DNA of 60,608 bases, filler included, from Candidatus Babelota bacterium (lineage in GTDB: Bacteria; JAGOBX01): assembly GCA_017999075.1 (NCBI GenBank). It is 12 parts of 12 records of this genome, joined end to end, with 100 filler letters (N's around TTAATTAATTAA, not from the genome) between each part and the next. Parts side by side here need not be neighbours in the genome. Positions count along the whole stretch, not along the records: positions 31,190 to 49,107 come from JAGOBX010000014.1; positions 49,208 to 52,952 come from JAGOBX010000410.1; positions 53,053 to 56,781 come from JAGOBX010000411.1; 9 more parts are not named here. The stretch is one strand, 5' to 3'. Made by a program: the position numbers and the translations under genes. Below, in pieces: positions 43,903 through 53,182 of this stretch. Positions within the stretch are counted from its first letter, which is position 1, and each line of letters starts with the position of its first letter. The notes beneath the pieces are model-generated. The model was not told the DNA's origin. It made no database searches and saw only the letters and a program-made list of their open reading frames with translations.

Positions 43903-45003
43903 ATGGATGATTGTTTTATGAAAGAAAGGTATGTTCATATTGATTTTTTGCGTGGTATAGCCATTATACTGGTTTTATTCCATCATATGCCTTATAAAAC
44001 TCCTGCAGTTCAAGGAATCACTGATTATATCATTAATATGTTCAAAATAGGAGGTTGGTCAGGAGTTGATCTTTTTTTTGTATTAAGCGGATTTATAGTG
44101 TCAAATATACTATTTAAAGAATACATAAAAAAGGGGAAAATTAATTTGAAATTATTTGTGTTAAGAAGGATTATCCGCATATTTCCTCCATTTTATATTT
44201 GTTTGGCTGTTATGGGACTGGTATATTATTTTTTTATTGGAACAGACAGAAATTTATTTTTTAAAACCATTATTGTTAATTTGATCTATTGCCAGAATTA
44301 TTATTACAGAAACATATTTGTACACACTTGGTCACTTGCAGTTGAAGAACATTTTTATATAATATTACCTGTGATACTCTATATTTTTATGAAAATAAAT
44401 AAAAACAGTTTTCGTAAATTCTGGATTTTACTGGTTGTAATTATTTTTTCAGTGATATTGGCGCGATATATTAATTCTCTTGTTTCATCATGGTTTCATT
44501 ATGTAAAAGTAAGTTATATGTATGCCACACATTTGCGTTTTGACGGATTGGCTTTCGGAGTTTTATTATCGTATTTTTTTTCTTTTTCAAATAATCAATT
44601 CAAAAAAATTTTTAATAAAAAAATTATGCTTTTATCAGGTTTTATTTTGATATCTCCATTTTTTTTCTTAAGCATTGAAAATTCGACGTTTTTAAAAATA
44701 ATAGGTTTTTCTATGCTGTATTCCGGTTATGGAATTATTCTTTCTTACATGTTATGTTTGAAAACTGAAAAAATTTGTTTATTTGAAAAAATTATAGCAT
44801 TGATAGGTAAATATTCCTATTCGATTTATCTTTACCATTTTATGGTTATTGCATTTTGCAGATATTCAAATCCTGATGTTTCACTTCAAAATAAAGTTAA
44901 TATAATAATTTATTTTTTTTCTTTATCTGTAATTTCTGTGATTGCAGGATTTTTTATTGAAAATCCTACAATAAAACTTAAAAACATATTTCAAGATAGA
45001 TAA
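43903..45003 (+). CDS. Acyltransferase_3 (OafA-like) membrane O-acyltransferase
   Basis: DFLRGIA..V..HH, GVDLFFVLSGF, RR..RI.P, HTWSLAVEEHFY, GKYSYSIYLYH. Confidence 0.93.
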   Translation: MDDCFMKERYVHIDFLRGIAIILVLFHHMPYKTPAVQGITDYIINMFKIGGWSGVDLFFVLSGFIVSNILFKEYIKKGKINLKLFVLRRIIRIFPPFYICLAVMGLVYYFFIGTDRNLFFKTIIVNLIYCQNYYYRNIFVHTWSLAVEEHFYIILPVILYIFMKINKNSFRKFWILLVVIIFSVILARYINSLVSSWFHYVKVSYMYATHLRFDGLAFGVLLSYFFSFSNNQFKKIFNKKIMLLSGFILISPFFFLSIENSTFLKIIGFSMLYSGYGIILSYMLCLKTEKICLFEKIIALIGKYSYSIYLYHFMVIAFCRYSNPDVSLQNKVNIIIYFFSLSVISVIAGFFIENPTIKLKNIFQDR

Positions 45004-45119
45004 ATATAAAATAATTGTTTTTTTTAAAGCGAAGAATATAATTTTGTATATAATTGGCTATTTTAAGAATAAAAAAATAGATTTTCTGGTTATTTGTAAA
45101 GCCTGGGGAGGCTCGAAAA

Positions 45120-47735
45120 ATGCAGATGGTTGAAAAAATACGCGTTTCTAATGGGATATTTTGGATAGGAATAGAAGAAGCTGATTTATATATTTTGTGC
45201 GGTTGTCCTGCTGACAGCGTTAAACATTTAATGAAAAAAGGATTAATTGTAACTAAAGAAAAAAGCGGTGTTTTATGGGAAACAGGACCTAATGCAATTC
45301 TGCTTTCAGACATAGCAATTCAGAACGGAAGTTTTTCAAATCTTGCTGAATTTCCAGTTTTACAAATGTTGTACCGTCAGGGAATGATATTGCCGAACCA
45401 TCCGAATAATAAAGGGAATAAACCTGTTTTAATTGGTTCGAAACAGCAGGTTTATAGCCAGATGCAATATATATATAGAGGAAATTACGGATTTATCAGC
45501 GTCGAAGAATTGATGGAAAACGGGGTATCTTCTGATTTAGCTCAAGAACTTTACAGGATGAAACTCAAGTTTGCTTTTGGTAAAATTTCTAAAAGCGAAG
45601 AATTGCTTGATAAAATTATTATAGACAAAGATGAAGTTGAAATTAAAAATAACGTTTTTATTAAAAGAATTGAAGTAAATGTTTTTAAAATAAGATACAA
45701 GAATGAATCTGTTGAAATTGATTTGAATCTTAAGGAAAATGAAAAATATGAAAGCCCGTTTAAACTTGGCTCATATTGTCCGAACCGTGAATATTTTGCC
45801 GTAATACATTCCGGTGAAGGAGACGGCTGGGATACTGATCGTCCTGCTATGGCAAGCATACTTATGTATCAGGGCAGATATTATTTGATTGACTGCGGGC
45901 CTAATATTGATTATACATTGAACCAGCTTGGGATTAGTGTTTCAGAGATTGAAGGAATTTTTCATACTCATTGCCACGATGACCATTTCAATGGACTGAC
46001 ATCGTTAATAAGAGCAGACCATAAAATTAAATATTTCGCCGAATCTTCAGTAAGAGCTACTGTGAAAAAAAAATTATCGGCATTGATTTCAAAAAGCGAA
46101 ACAGAATTTGAAAATTTTTTTGATATTGTAGATTTAAAATTAAATGAATGGAATGATATAAATTCTCTTGAAGTTCAGCCTGTGATTTCACCTCATCCTG
46201 TTGAAACCACGATTTTGTTTTTTAGAACTCCTGACGGATCAGGATATAAAACATACGCGCATCTTGCAGATATAACGGATTTAAATATTTTGAGCAAAAT
46301 GATAACCGCTGAAAAATCGGGTATTGGAATAAATCAGAATATGTTCGATACGGTTAAAGAAGTGTATTTGAGAGAATGTGATTTGAAAAAAGTGGATATA
46401 GGCGGCGGTTTAATACATGGCAATGCGCTTGATTTTAAAAGTGACAGTTCGAAAAAAATCATACTTGCCCACACGTCTCTTGAATTAAATTCCAGTCAAA
46501 AAGAAATAGGATCAAGCGCTTCATTCGGGATGATAGATTCTTTGATAGACAATTATAGTGAATACGACAGACTTCAAGCTTATAGATATTTAGTAGCCAT
46601 TTTTCCTGATGTTGAAAAATATAAGATTGATATACTTTTGAATAATAAAATCAATGTGTTTAATCCCGGAACAATTATAATGAAAACCAATGAATGTCAA
46701 AATTGTATTTTTTTATTGCTTTCCGGGAATGTAGAATTGATTTTTGAAGATACTAAATCAATCAGAACATTATCTCCTGGAAGTTTTATAGGAAACATAT
46801 TTCATTATGATTTAGGTCAGTTTAATAAGACTTACCGTTCTGTCAGTTATGTTAAAACTTTAAATATACCGTTAGAATTATTTGAAAAGTTTGTTGATAA
46901 AAATTGTTTAATTCCGAAAATGAAAAATATTAATGAAATTATTAATTTTATGAATAACGTGTATTTGTTCGGTGATTCGCTTTCATATCCTGTTCAAAAC
47001 CGCATAGCTGATAAAATGATTTTAAAAAAATATCCGAAAGGATATAAATTCTCAATGGTTAATGTGAAAGAATTGTATTTGTTGAAAAATGGAAAAGTCA
47101 AAATACATATTAATGGGTATAATATTGAAACAATTGAGAAAGGAGGATTTTGGAATGAAAGCATAGTTCTTTTCGGAATAATAAATATTTTTTGCGCTGA
47201 AACTGCTGAAGAATCTGAAATATATTCAATAAACGAACAGGTTCTTTCGGATATTCCTGTAATCAGATGGAAAATGATGGAAGAATATGACAGAAGATTG
47301 AAAAAAATATTAAATATACCTGATATATATTCCAATTTTTTTAAGTGGGATGAAGCTTATTCCACAGGAAATTCTCTTATGGACGACCAGCATAAAAAAT
47401 TGATTTTTCAGGCAGGTGAAATTTCAGAATCTATGCTGTCTTCAAAGTTGGACTATAATTCTTTACGAATATCTAAACTATTGAATTTTTTAATTGATTA
47501 TACGAAAACACATTTTTCCGATGAAGAACAGCTTATGGAAAAATATAAATTTCCTGAATATAAGGAACACTGCAAAAAACATATTGAATTGATAAGCACT
47601 GTTAATAAATTCGCTGAAAAATTTGATAAGAATGATATATCAATCGGTATAGAATTTTTGACTTTTTTAAAAGCATGGATTATTGATCATATAATCAATG
47701 ATGATAGGAAATATTCTAAATTTTTAAAAAATTAA
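45120..47735 (+). CDS. Metallo-beta-lactamase-fold + tandem cNMP-binding + bacteriohemerythrin protein
   Basis: LIDCG, FHTHCHDDH, SPHPVET, GGGLIHG, LAH; two cNMP-like repeats (LLSGNV, LKNGKV); hemerythrin DQH..HFSDEE..HCKKH..DHIINDD. Confidence 0.9.
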   Translation: MQMVEKIRVSNGIFWIGIEEADLYILCGCPADSVKHLMKKGLIVTKEKSGVLWETGPNAILLSDIAIQNGSFSNLAEFPVLQMLYRQGMILPNHPNNKGNKPVLIGSKQQVYSQMQYIYRGNYGFISVEELMENGVSSDLAQELYRMKLKFAFGKISKSEELLDKIIIDKDEVEIKNNVFIKRIEVNVFKIRYKNESVEIDLNLKENEKYESPFKLGSYCPNREYFAVIHSGEGDGWDTDRPAMASILMYQGRYYLIDCGPNIDYTLNQLGISVSEIEGIFHTHCHDDHFNGLTSLIRADHKIKYFAESSVRATVKKKLSALISKSETEFENFFDIVDLKLNEWNDINSLEVQPVISPHPVETTILFFRTPDGSGYKTYAHLADITDLNILSKMITAEKSGIGINQNMFDTVKEVYLRECDLKKVDIGGGLIHGNALDFKSDSSKKIILAHTSLELNSSQKEIGSSASFGMIDSLIDNYSEYDRLQAYRYLVAIFPDVEKYKIDILLNNKINVFNPGTIIMKTNECQNCIFLLLSGNVELIFEDTKSIRTLSPGSFIGNIFHYDLGQFNKTYRSVSYVKTLNIPLELFEKFVDKNCLIPKMKNINEIINFMNNVYLFGDSLSYPVQNRIADKMILKKYPKGYKFSMVNVKELYLLKNGKVKIHINGYNIETIEKGGFWNESIVLFGIINIFCAETAEESEIYSINEQVLSDIPVIRWKMMEEYDRRLKKILNIPDIYSNFFKWDEAYSTGNSLMDDQHKKLIFQAGEISESMLSSKLDYNSLRISKLLNFLIDYTKTHFSDEEQLMEKYKFPEYKEHCKKHIELISTVNKFAEKFDKNDISIGIEFLTFLKAWIIDHIINDDRKYSKFLKN

Positions 47736-47757
47736 GTTTTAAAATAATGAGGATAAA

Positions 47758-48174
47758 ATGCAGAAAAAACGCGATTATTTGTTGAAATACTGGATGAGAT
47801 ATTACTTAAACATAGATGAACTGGGAGATGTCACTATTCGAACCGAATTTATTTCAAAAAAATATCCTGATATTAAATATGATATAAGTTTGTTAAATGA
47901 TGATAAACTTGTAGTTTTACTCCCTGCACGTCCGGCAAATAAAATATTGAAAAAGTTTCCTGAAATTGTTAGTGAAGAATCTAATTCTGATGAAGGAATT
48001 AAATTGAGTTTTAACGAAGAAAAATTGGAAGAACTTGCTTCTGATTTAAAAATAGTTGAGAAAAAATTTCCTCCGGATAAAGAACTTGTTGAAAGGTTTT
48101 TAAATTATCATAATAAAAAAATAGAAATGAAGAAGAAAAGAAAAAAATATTCTAAAAAAAACGGCGGAAAATAA
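47758..48174 (+). CDS. Hypothetical protein with basic C-terminus
   Basis: 138 aa, GAGGA RBS, co-directional with its neighbours. Confidence 0.65.
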   Translation: MQKKRDYLLKYWMRYYLNIDELGDVTIRTEFISKKYPDIKYDISLLNDDKLVVLLPARPANKILKKFPEIVSEESNSDEGIKLSFNEEKLEELASDLKIVEKKFPPDKELVERFLNYHNKKIEMKKKRKKYSKKNGGK

Positions 48175-48232
48175 ATCAAAATTTTTTTTGGAATTTTTTT
48201 AAAAATAAATATTTTTTTAATATAAAAACGAA

Positions 48233-49107
48233 ATGAATGAGTTATCTATTATAAAATATATATCTAAACTGAAATCAGCTCAGGTCGGCGGAAATATTTT
48301 TTTTCAAAAAAGTTGTGCCGATAATAAGACAAGAGGCAGTTACGGAATCGGCGATGATTGTGCCGATAATAAGACAAAAGGCAGTTACGGAATCGGCGAT
48401 GATTGCGCCGATAATAAGACAAGAGGCAGTTATGGAATCGGCGATGATTGCGCCGATAATAAGACAAGAGGCAGTTATGGAATCGGCGATGATTGCGCCG
48501 TGATACCTTTTTCAAAACAAGAATCTATTTTAGTAACCACAGATTCGTTGATAGAAAACGTTCATTTTAATTTGGAATGGATTTCGTTATATGAACTGGG
48601 ATGTAAATCCGTACTGGTGAATATAAGCGATATATTATCTTGCGGAGGTGTTCCTGAATATTTGTTTTTATCAATAAATGTTCCAAAGCGTTTAAATAAA
48701 CTTGAAAAGTTATTTAATGGAATAGACTTCGTATGCAGAAAATACGGCATTAAAATATTGGGAGGAGATACTACTTCTTCAAAAAATGATTTGTGCATAA
48801 CAGTGACTTTAATGGGAAAAGTTAAAAATGAAAATATATTATACAGACATTTTTCCCGACCTGGAGAATTGATTTGTGTAACAGGTTTTGTAGGATTATC
48901 AGGAACAGGTTTTTATGTTTTGAAAGACAAATTGAATAAAAACCAATACAAAGAATCTGTTAGACATCATTTGGTTCCTGGAATTTTGTCTTTAAAAGAT
49001 GCTAAAATATTATCCGAAAATGCAGGTTCGTCTATGGATAACAGTGATGGACTGTATTCTTCATTGTGGTATATGCTTGAAAAAAACAATAATGTGTGTA
49101 TAATTAA
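48233..49107 (+). CDS. thiL: Thiamine-monophosphate kinase, 3'-truncated, with an N-terminal in-frame tandem repeat
   Basis: MNE..II, GIGDDCAV, TTDSLIENVHF, VNISD...GG.P, GGDT, R....PG..I.VTG, MDNSDGL. Confidence 0.93.
48314..48499 (+). repeat. 45-bp in-frame tandem repeat x4 (CADNKT[R/K]GSYGIGDD)
   Basis: Units start at 48314, 48359, 48404 and 48449; they differ at TGT/TGC, AGA/AAA and TAC/TAT; there are no spacers. Confidence 0.97.
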
Positions 49108-49401
49108 NNNNNNNNNNNNNNNNNNNNNNNNNNNNNNNNNNNNNNNNNNNNTTAATTAATTAANNNNNNNNNNNNNNNNNNNNNNNNNNNNNNNNNNNNN
49201 NNNNNNNGCAATAGTATAATTAAAAGTAACTGCCCCAATTAATAAAATAGGAAAAATTAAATTATAAATCATATTTTTAACAATCTGATAAATAAAGTTA
49301 TTATAGTTTCATAAAAAAAAATGTAAATCAAAAAAATATAAAGAAAACATGTTGATAAATAATGAGATAAAACAAAAAAACAAGTGGATGGATAAAATCA
49401 T

Positions 49402-49429
49402 TAAAGTTTTTTTAAAAACATGCCGATAA
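49402..49429 (+). promoter_or_regulatory. sigma28 (FliA/SigD) promoter
   Basis: TAAA(GTTT)-N16-GCCGATAA immediately upstream of the slt-motE-fliK block. Confidence 0.8.
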
Positions 49430-49453
49430 AACAAACAGTTTGTAAGAGGTATT

Positions 49454-50182
49454 TTGTGTTTAATACAGGAAAATTATATGTTGGAAAGTATAAATAATGC
49501 AATTAGCCGTATTGGAGAAATTGAACAAAGGATTAATTCTCTATATAATTCTAAAATAGGCATGTTTAAAGGATTAACTGAAAAATACGGCCAATCTAAT
49601 GTTGAATCGTCAGTCAATAGTGGAGAAAATACTTCTAATACTTTTAAAAAAACATTGGAACAGGCATTACAGCAACCTGTGAAAACACCCCCTTCATCGA
49701 ATTCAACAGTTTCATCAAAATCAAGTTTAGAATCAGATAAAACCGGAAATACAATAAATTCTTCTGTTTTATACGGGAAAGCTGCGGAATTGAATGTTGA
49801 TGATAATATTAATAAATTAATAAAACAAGCTTCTGAAAAATATGGGATAGATTCAGATATTATAAAAGCTGTTATATCAGCAGAATCAAATTTTAATCCT
49901 AACGCTATATCTCCAAAGGGAGCGATGGGATTAATGCAATTAATGCCTGATACAGCATCGGAACTTGGAGTTTCAAATCCGTTTGATGCTGAAGAAAATA
50001 TAAATGCAGGGTCAAAATATTTAAGTCAGTTATTAAAAAAATACAATAATAATCTGGATTCTGCTCTGGGAGCTTATAATGCAGGTCCTGCAAACGTTGA
50101 TAAATACAACGGAACACCACCGTTTAAAGAAACAAAATCATATATTTCGATAATAAAACAAATACTGGGGAAAAAATCTTGA
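49454..50182 (+). CDS. Lytic transglycosylase (SLT domain), flagellum-associated
   Basis: AVISAESNFNPNAISPKGAMGLMQLMP.TA, NI.AG.KYL, AYNAG, ET..Y; alternative ATG at 49478. Confidence 0.93.
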   Translation: MCLIQENYMLESINNAISRIGEIEQRINSLYNSKIGMFKGLTEKYGQSNVESSVNSGENTSNTFKKTLEQALQQPVKTPPSSNSTVSSKSSLESDKTGNTINSSVLYGKAAELNVDDNINKLIKQASEKYGIDSDIIKAVISAESNFNPNAISPKGAMGLMQLMPDTASELGVSNPFDAEENINAGSKYLSQLLKKYNNNLDSALGAYNAGPANVDKYNGTPPFKETKSYISIIKQILGKKS

Positions 50183-50763
50183 AATATAACAATAGCGGAA
50201 AAAGCAATATAGGATTGATAATATTTTTATTTTTAGTTTTAGCGGGATTAATAGCCGGAGTTATGTATGGTCTGCACAGAGTAGGATTTTATAATGCTCA
50301 AGAATTGTTTTATCCGTTATTAAGCAAAGTAGGATTAGCAGATAAACCGCAATATATAACTGGAAATCTAATTGAATCTGAAATATTAGCCCAAAGAGAC
50401 AAAGCATTAAATCAGAAAGAAGAAGAATTAAAGAAAATAACTGAAGATTTGAAAAAAAAAGAAGAAGAACTTAAAGAAAAAGATTTAAAACTTCAGCAGA
50501 AAGAGAAGGATTTAATGGATAAAGACAGAGCTATTCTTGATAAACAAGCTGAAGCTGACAATGAAATTCAAAAATTGAAAAAACTGGCATTTTATTTTTC
50601 AAGCATGAAACCTGATGAATCGTCGAAAATATTAGAAAATATGCCTGAAGAACTTGTTATACAGATTTTGAAAAATATACCGGATCAAAAAACTGCGGCA
50701 GTTATAATAATGAAAATGGAAAAGAAGAAAGCCGGAGATATTATGAGGAAAATGTCGCGTTAA
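50179..50763 (+). CDS. MotE/FlbB/YlxF-like flagellar protein (TM, coiled coil, MgtE_N-like domain)
   Basis: TM helix, long E/K coiled coil, LA.YFSSMKPDES.KIL..M...I..KM..KKA; typical position upstream of fliK. Confidence 0.8.
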   Translation: MKYNNSGKSNIGLIIFLFLVLAGLIAGVMYGLHRVGFYNAQELFYPLLSKVGLADKPQYITGNLIESEILAQRDKALNQKEEELKKITEDLKKKEEELKEKDLKLQQKEKDLMDKDRAILDKQAEADNEIQKLKKLAFYFSSMKPDESSKILENMPEELVIQILKNIPDQKTAAVIIMKMEKKKAGDIMRKMSR

Positions 50764-50780
50764 AATTAATAAAATAAAAA

Positions 50781-50939
50781 CGCGGAATTATTTGAGGAAA
50801 ATTGCGGGTTATCCCGCGAAAAAAAGCTGTTTGAGTAATAGTTTGTAAGAGCTGATGAAAATAAACAGCAGGAAAATTTAAGATAAGGGCCGGACCCATC
50901 AGGGAAGCCCGCATTTACCGGTGATTGATTGAACCGGTA
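50781..50939 (+). ncRNA. Candidate structured cis-regulatory RNA upstream of fliK
   Basis: GC-rich stems in an AT-rich spacer: GCGGG/CCCGC, GCTGTTT/AAACAGC, GGGC-CGGA-CCC-ATCA-GGG-AA-GCCC, TACCGGT-GATTGATTGA-ACCGGTA. Confidence 0.5.
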
Positions 50940-51111
50940 TCGCATTTATCTAAAAAAGTTATAATTAAAAGTTGATAATTGTCAATTTTTGAAGAAAAGT
51001 AAATTATATTTTTTGATAATTTATTGAAAATTATTAAACGATATTTATTTACTGAATTAACAATAAAAAATGAAATATAATTTAAATTTAAAAAAGAGGA
51101 GGTGAAACAAT

Positions 51112-52935
51112 ATGAAATTAGCAGAACTTATTTCTGCGACCAAGACGGTTGCTAACTTGCAGAAAAACGCTGTAAACGTTAAAAATGAGAAAACGTCTGA
51201 TTTTATGGAAATTTTTATGAACATACAACAGACCAATCAATCGCTTATAGACAATACAAATTCTGATTTATCAAGTGAAGCAGAACAGAGTAGAGAATCT
51301 TTTTTCGGAGAAGAATCTTTGAACGAAAAAAAAGGAACTTTAAATGAAATTGAACTCTCAAATTCTGACGAATTTGAAAAAGGCGCTTCAGAATTATTTG
51401 AACGCCAGAGTCAGAAGACAGAATTTGAGTCAGTAAAAATGAATTCTACAGAACCTGTCAAATATGCAGTTTCTGAAAAATCGAGTTATGAAAATTCTAA
51501 TTTAGATAAAAAAAATTCGAATATGCAGGATTCAGGGAAAAAATCGGAAAGAATGAAAGATTCTTCTGTTCAAACTGATAATGCGGAGAAAAATTTATCT
51601 GATGAGAAAAAAATAGAATTGCAGAACAGGTTGAAAAAACTTGCGCAGGTAAAAACATCTGAAGAATTTGATAAGCAAATAAGCGAGATAGCGGCTTTGA
51701 TGAATGTTTCAGTAAAAAAACTTACAGTGTTGCTGCAAAAAGAAGGTATTGATTTGAATAATGTAAAAGCAGCGTTAGAGGAAAGCGATTTAAAAAAATC
51801 GCAGCAGTTAATTTTGGCAATGACAAAAAAATTGTCTGAAATGGCTGTAAAAACAAAATCTGCTTCTGTAGAAAAACAAGCTAATCAGGAGAATCAGGCA
51901 AATCAGTTGGTTGAGGGCAATAAATCAACTGAAGATACCGGATTGAAATCTGCAGCAAATGAAACTACAGTAGTTGATAAAGAGAATAGTTTTGAGTCAT
52001 ACTTAAACAAAAACAAATTCCGCAGGGGAACAGAAAATGGAAAAATCGAAATTAAAGATATTCCGTTAACAGAAACAAAAGAAAAATTAAGCGATGCGGA
52101 ATTATTAAAACTTAAAGAACGGTTTAAGTCGGCAAAAAACAATGATTCTGAAGATAAAAAACAGGTTTCTGACAATCAAACTTTGAAAACCTCAGATAAT
52201 GCAACGCAAGGAAAAATTAAAATTTCAGCAGCTGAACAGATTGTACAGCGTATGATGATTAAAATGGAATCCGAAGCGGATTTATCTGTTGGAAAAGAAA
52301 AAACGCAGCAGGGCAACGCGAAACAAACTGTAGCACAGGTTGAAACAAGCGCAGCATCAAAAAACGCTACTAATAATTTCAATAATTCAAATTCGCAGAA
52401 TTTTATGTTTAATCAAAATAATCAGGCGTTCAGCACAAAAATGAACGGATTGATGAGAACTGATTCTACGCAGCAGTCGTCATATACGTCTGTGAACTTT
52501 AAACAGACTTTTGATGAAATGATAAAAAGCATAAAATTATTAAATGGCGGCGGAGTGAACCAGGTTGAAATCAAACTTCAGCCGGAACATCTTGGAAAAG
52601 TAAGGATTGAATTATCAGTAGAGAATAACAGCGTAACAGCTAAGATAGTATCTGATACTGAAGCTGCAAAACAGTTGATAGAAAGCAATTTCAACCAGTT
52701 AAAATCAAGTTTGGAAGAGCAAGGCGTTAAAATAACAGGGTTTGAGGTATCTGTAAACCAGGAAAATCAAGGAAATCAAGAAAGGTTATTTAATGAAAAT
52801 TCAGGAAGAGGAAGTAAAAAGTTAACCAGGTCTAAAAATGATGATGCGGAAAATATTATAACTGACTCTGCATCTGAAATTATGAGCAATATTTATGTTG
52901 ACAAACGGTACAGTACTGTCAGTTATATAGCTTAA
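51112..52935 (+). CDS. fliK: Flagellar hook-length control protein
   Basis: Long low-complexity N-part; C-terminal IKLQPEHLGKV.I...V.A......AK..IE.....LK.SL..QG; GGAGGTG RBS. Confidence 0.93.
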   Translation: MKLAELISATKTVANLQKNAVNVKNEKTSDFMEIFMNIQQTNQSLIDNTNSDLSSEAEQSRESFFGEESLNEKKGTLNEIELSNSDEFEKGASELFERQSQKTEFESVKMNSTEPVKYAVSEKSSYENSNLDKKNSNMQDSGKKSERMKDSSVQTDNAEKNLSDEKKIELQNRLKKLAQVKTSEEFDKQISEIAALMNVSVKKLTVLLQKEGIDLNNVKAALEESDLKKSQQLILAMTKKLSEMAVKTKSASVEKQANQENQANQLVEGNKSTEDTGLKSAANETTVVDKENSFESYLNKNKFRRGTENGKIEIKDIPLTETKEKLSDAELLKLKERFKSAKNNDSEDKKQVSDNQTLKTSDNATQGKIKISAAEQIVQRMMIKMESEADLSVGKEKTQQGNAKQTVAQVETSAASKNATNNFNNSNSQNFMFNQNNQAFSTKMNGLMRTDSTQQSSYTSVNFKQTFDEMIKSIKLLNGGGVNQVEIKLQPEHLGKVRIELSVENNSVTAKIVSDTEAAKQLIESNFNQLKSSLEEQGVKITGFEVSVNQENQGNQERLFNENSGRGSKKLTRSKNDDAENIITDSASEIMSNIYVDKRYSTVSYIA

Positions 52936-53182
52936 CCGAAAATTTGTCTGTTNNNNNNNNNNNNNNNNNNNNNNNNNNNNNNNNNNNNNNNNNNNNTTAA
53001 TTAATTAANNNNNNNNNNNNNNNNNNNNNNNNNNNNNNNNNNNNNNNNNNNNGATTATATATGTTTTCAAAAAAAATAAAAGAAAATCAAAAAATTAAAA
53101 AAAAATTATTTAAAATAATAGATAAAATTCTATAAAATCAAAAAAATGACTTTTGATGATACGGCACTTTTATTATTATCTT

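Noticed and set aside
48314-48499. CRISPR array
   Set aside because: Units are contiguous with no unique spacers, are a multiple of 3 and lie in frame inside thiL; no cas genes are present.
50820-50940. c-di-GMP-I or c-di-GMP-II riboswitch before fliK
   Set aside because: Lacks the GGCAAA..GNRA..GACGCAAAGC core of class I and the kink-turn/pseudoknot signature of class II; kept only as an unclassified RNA candidate.
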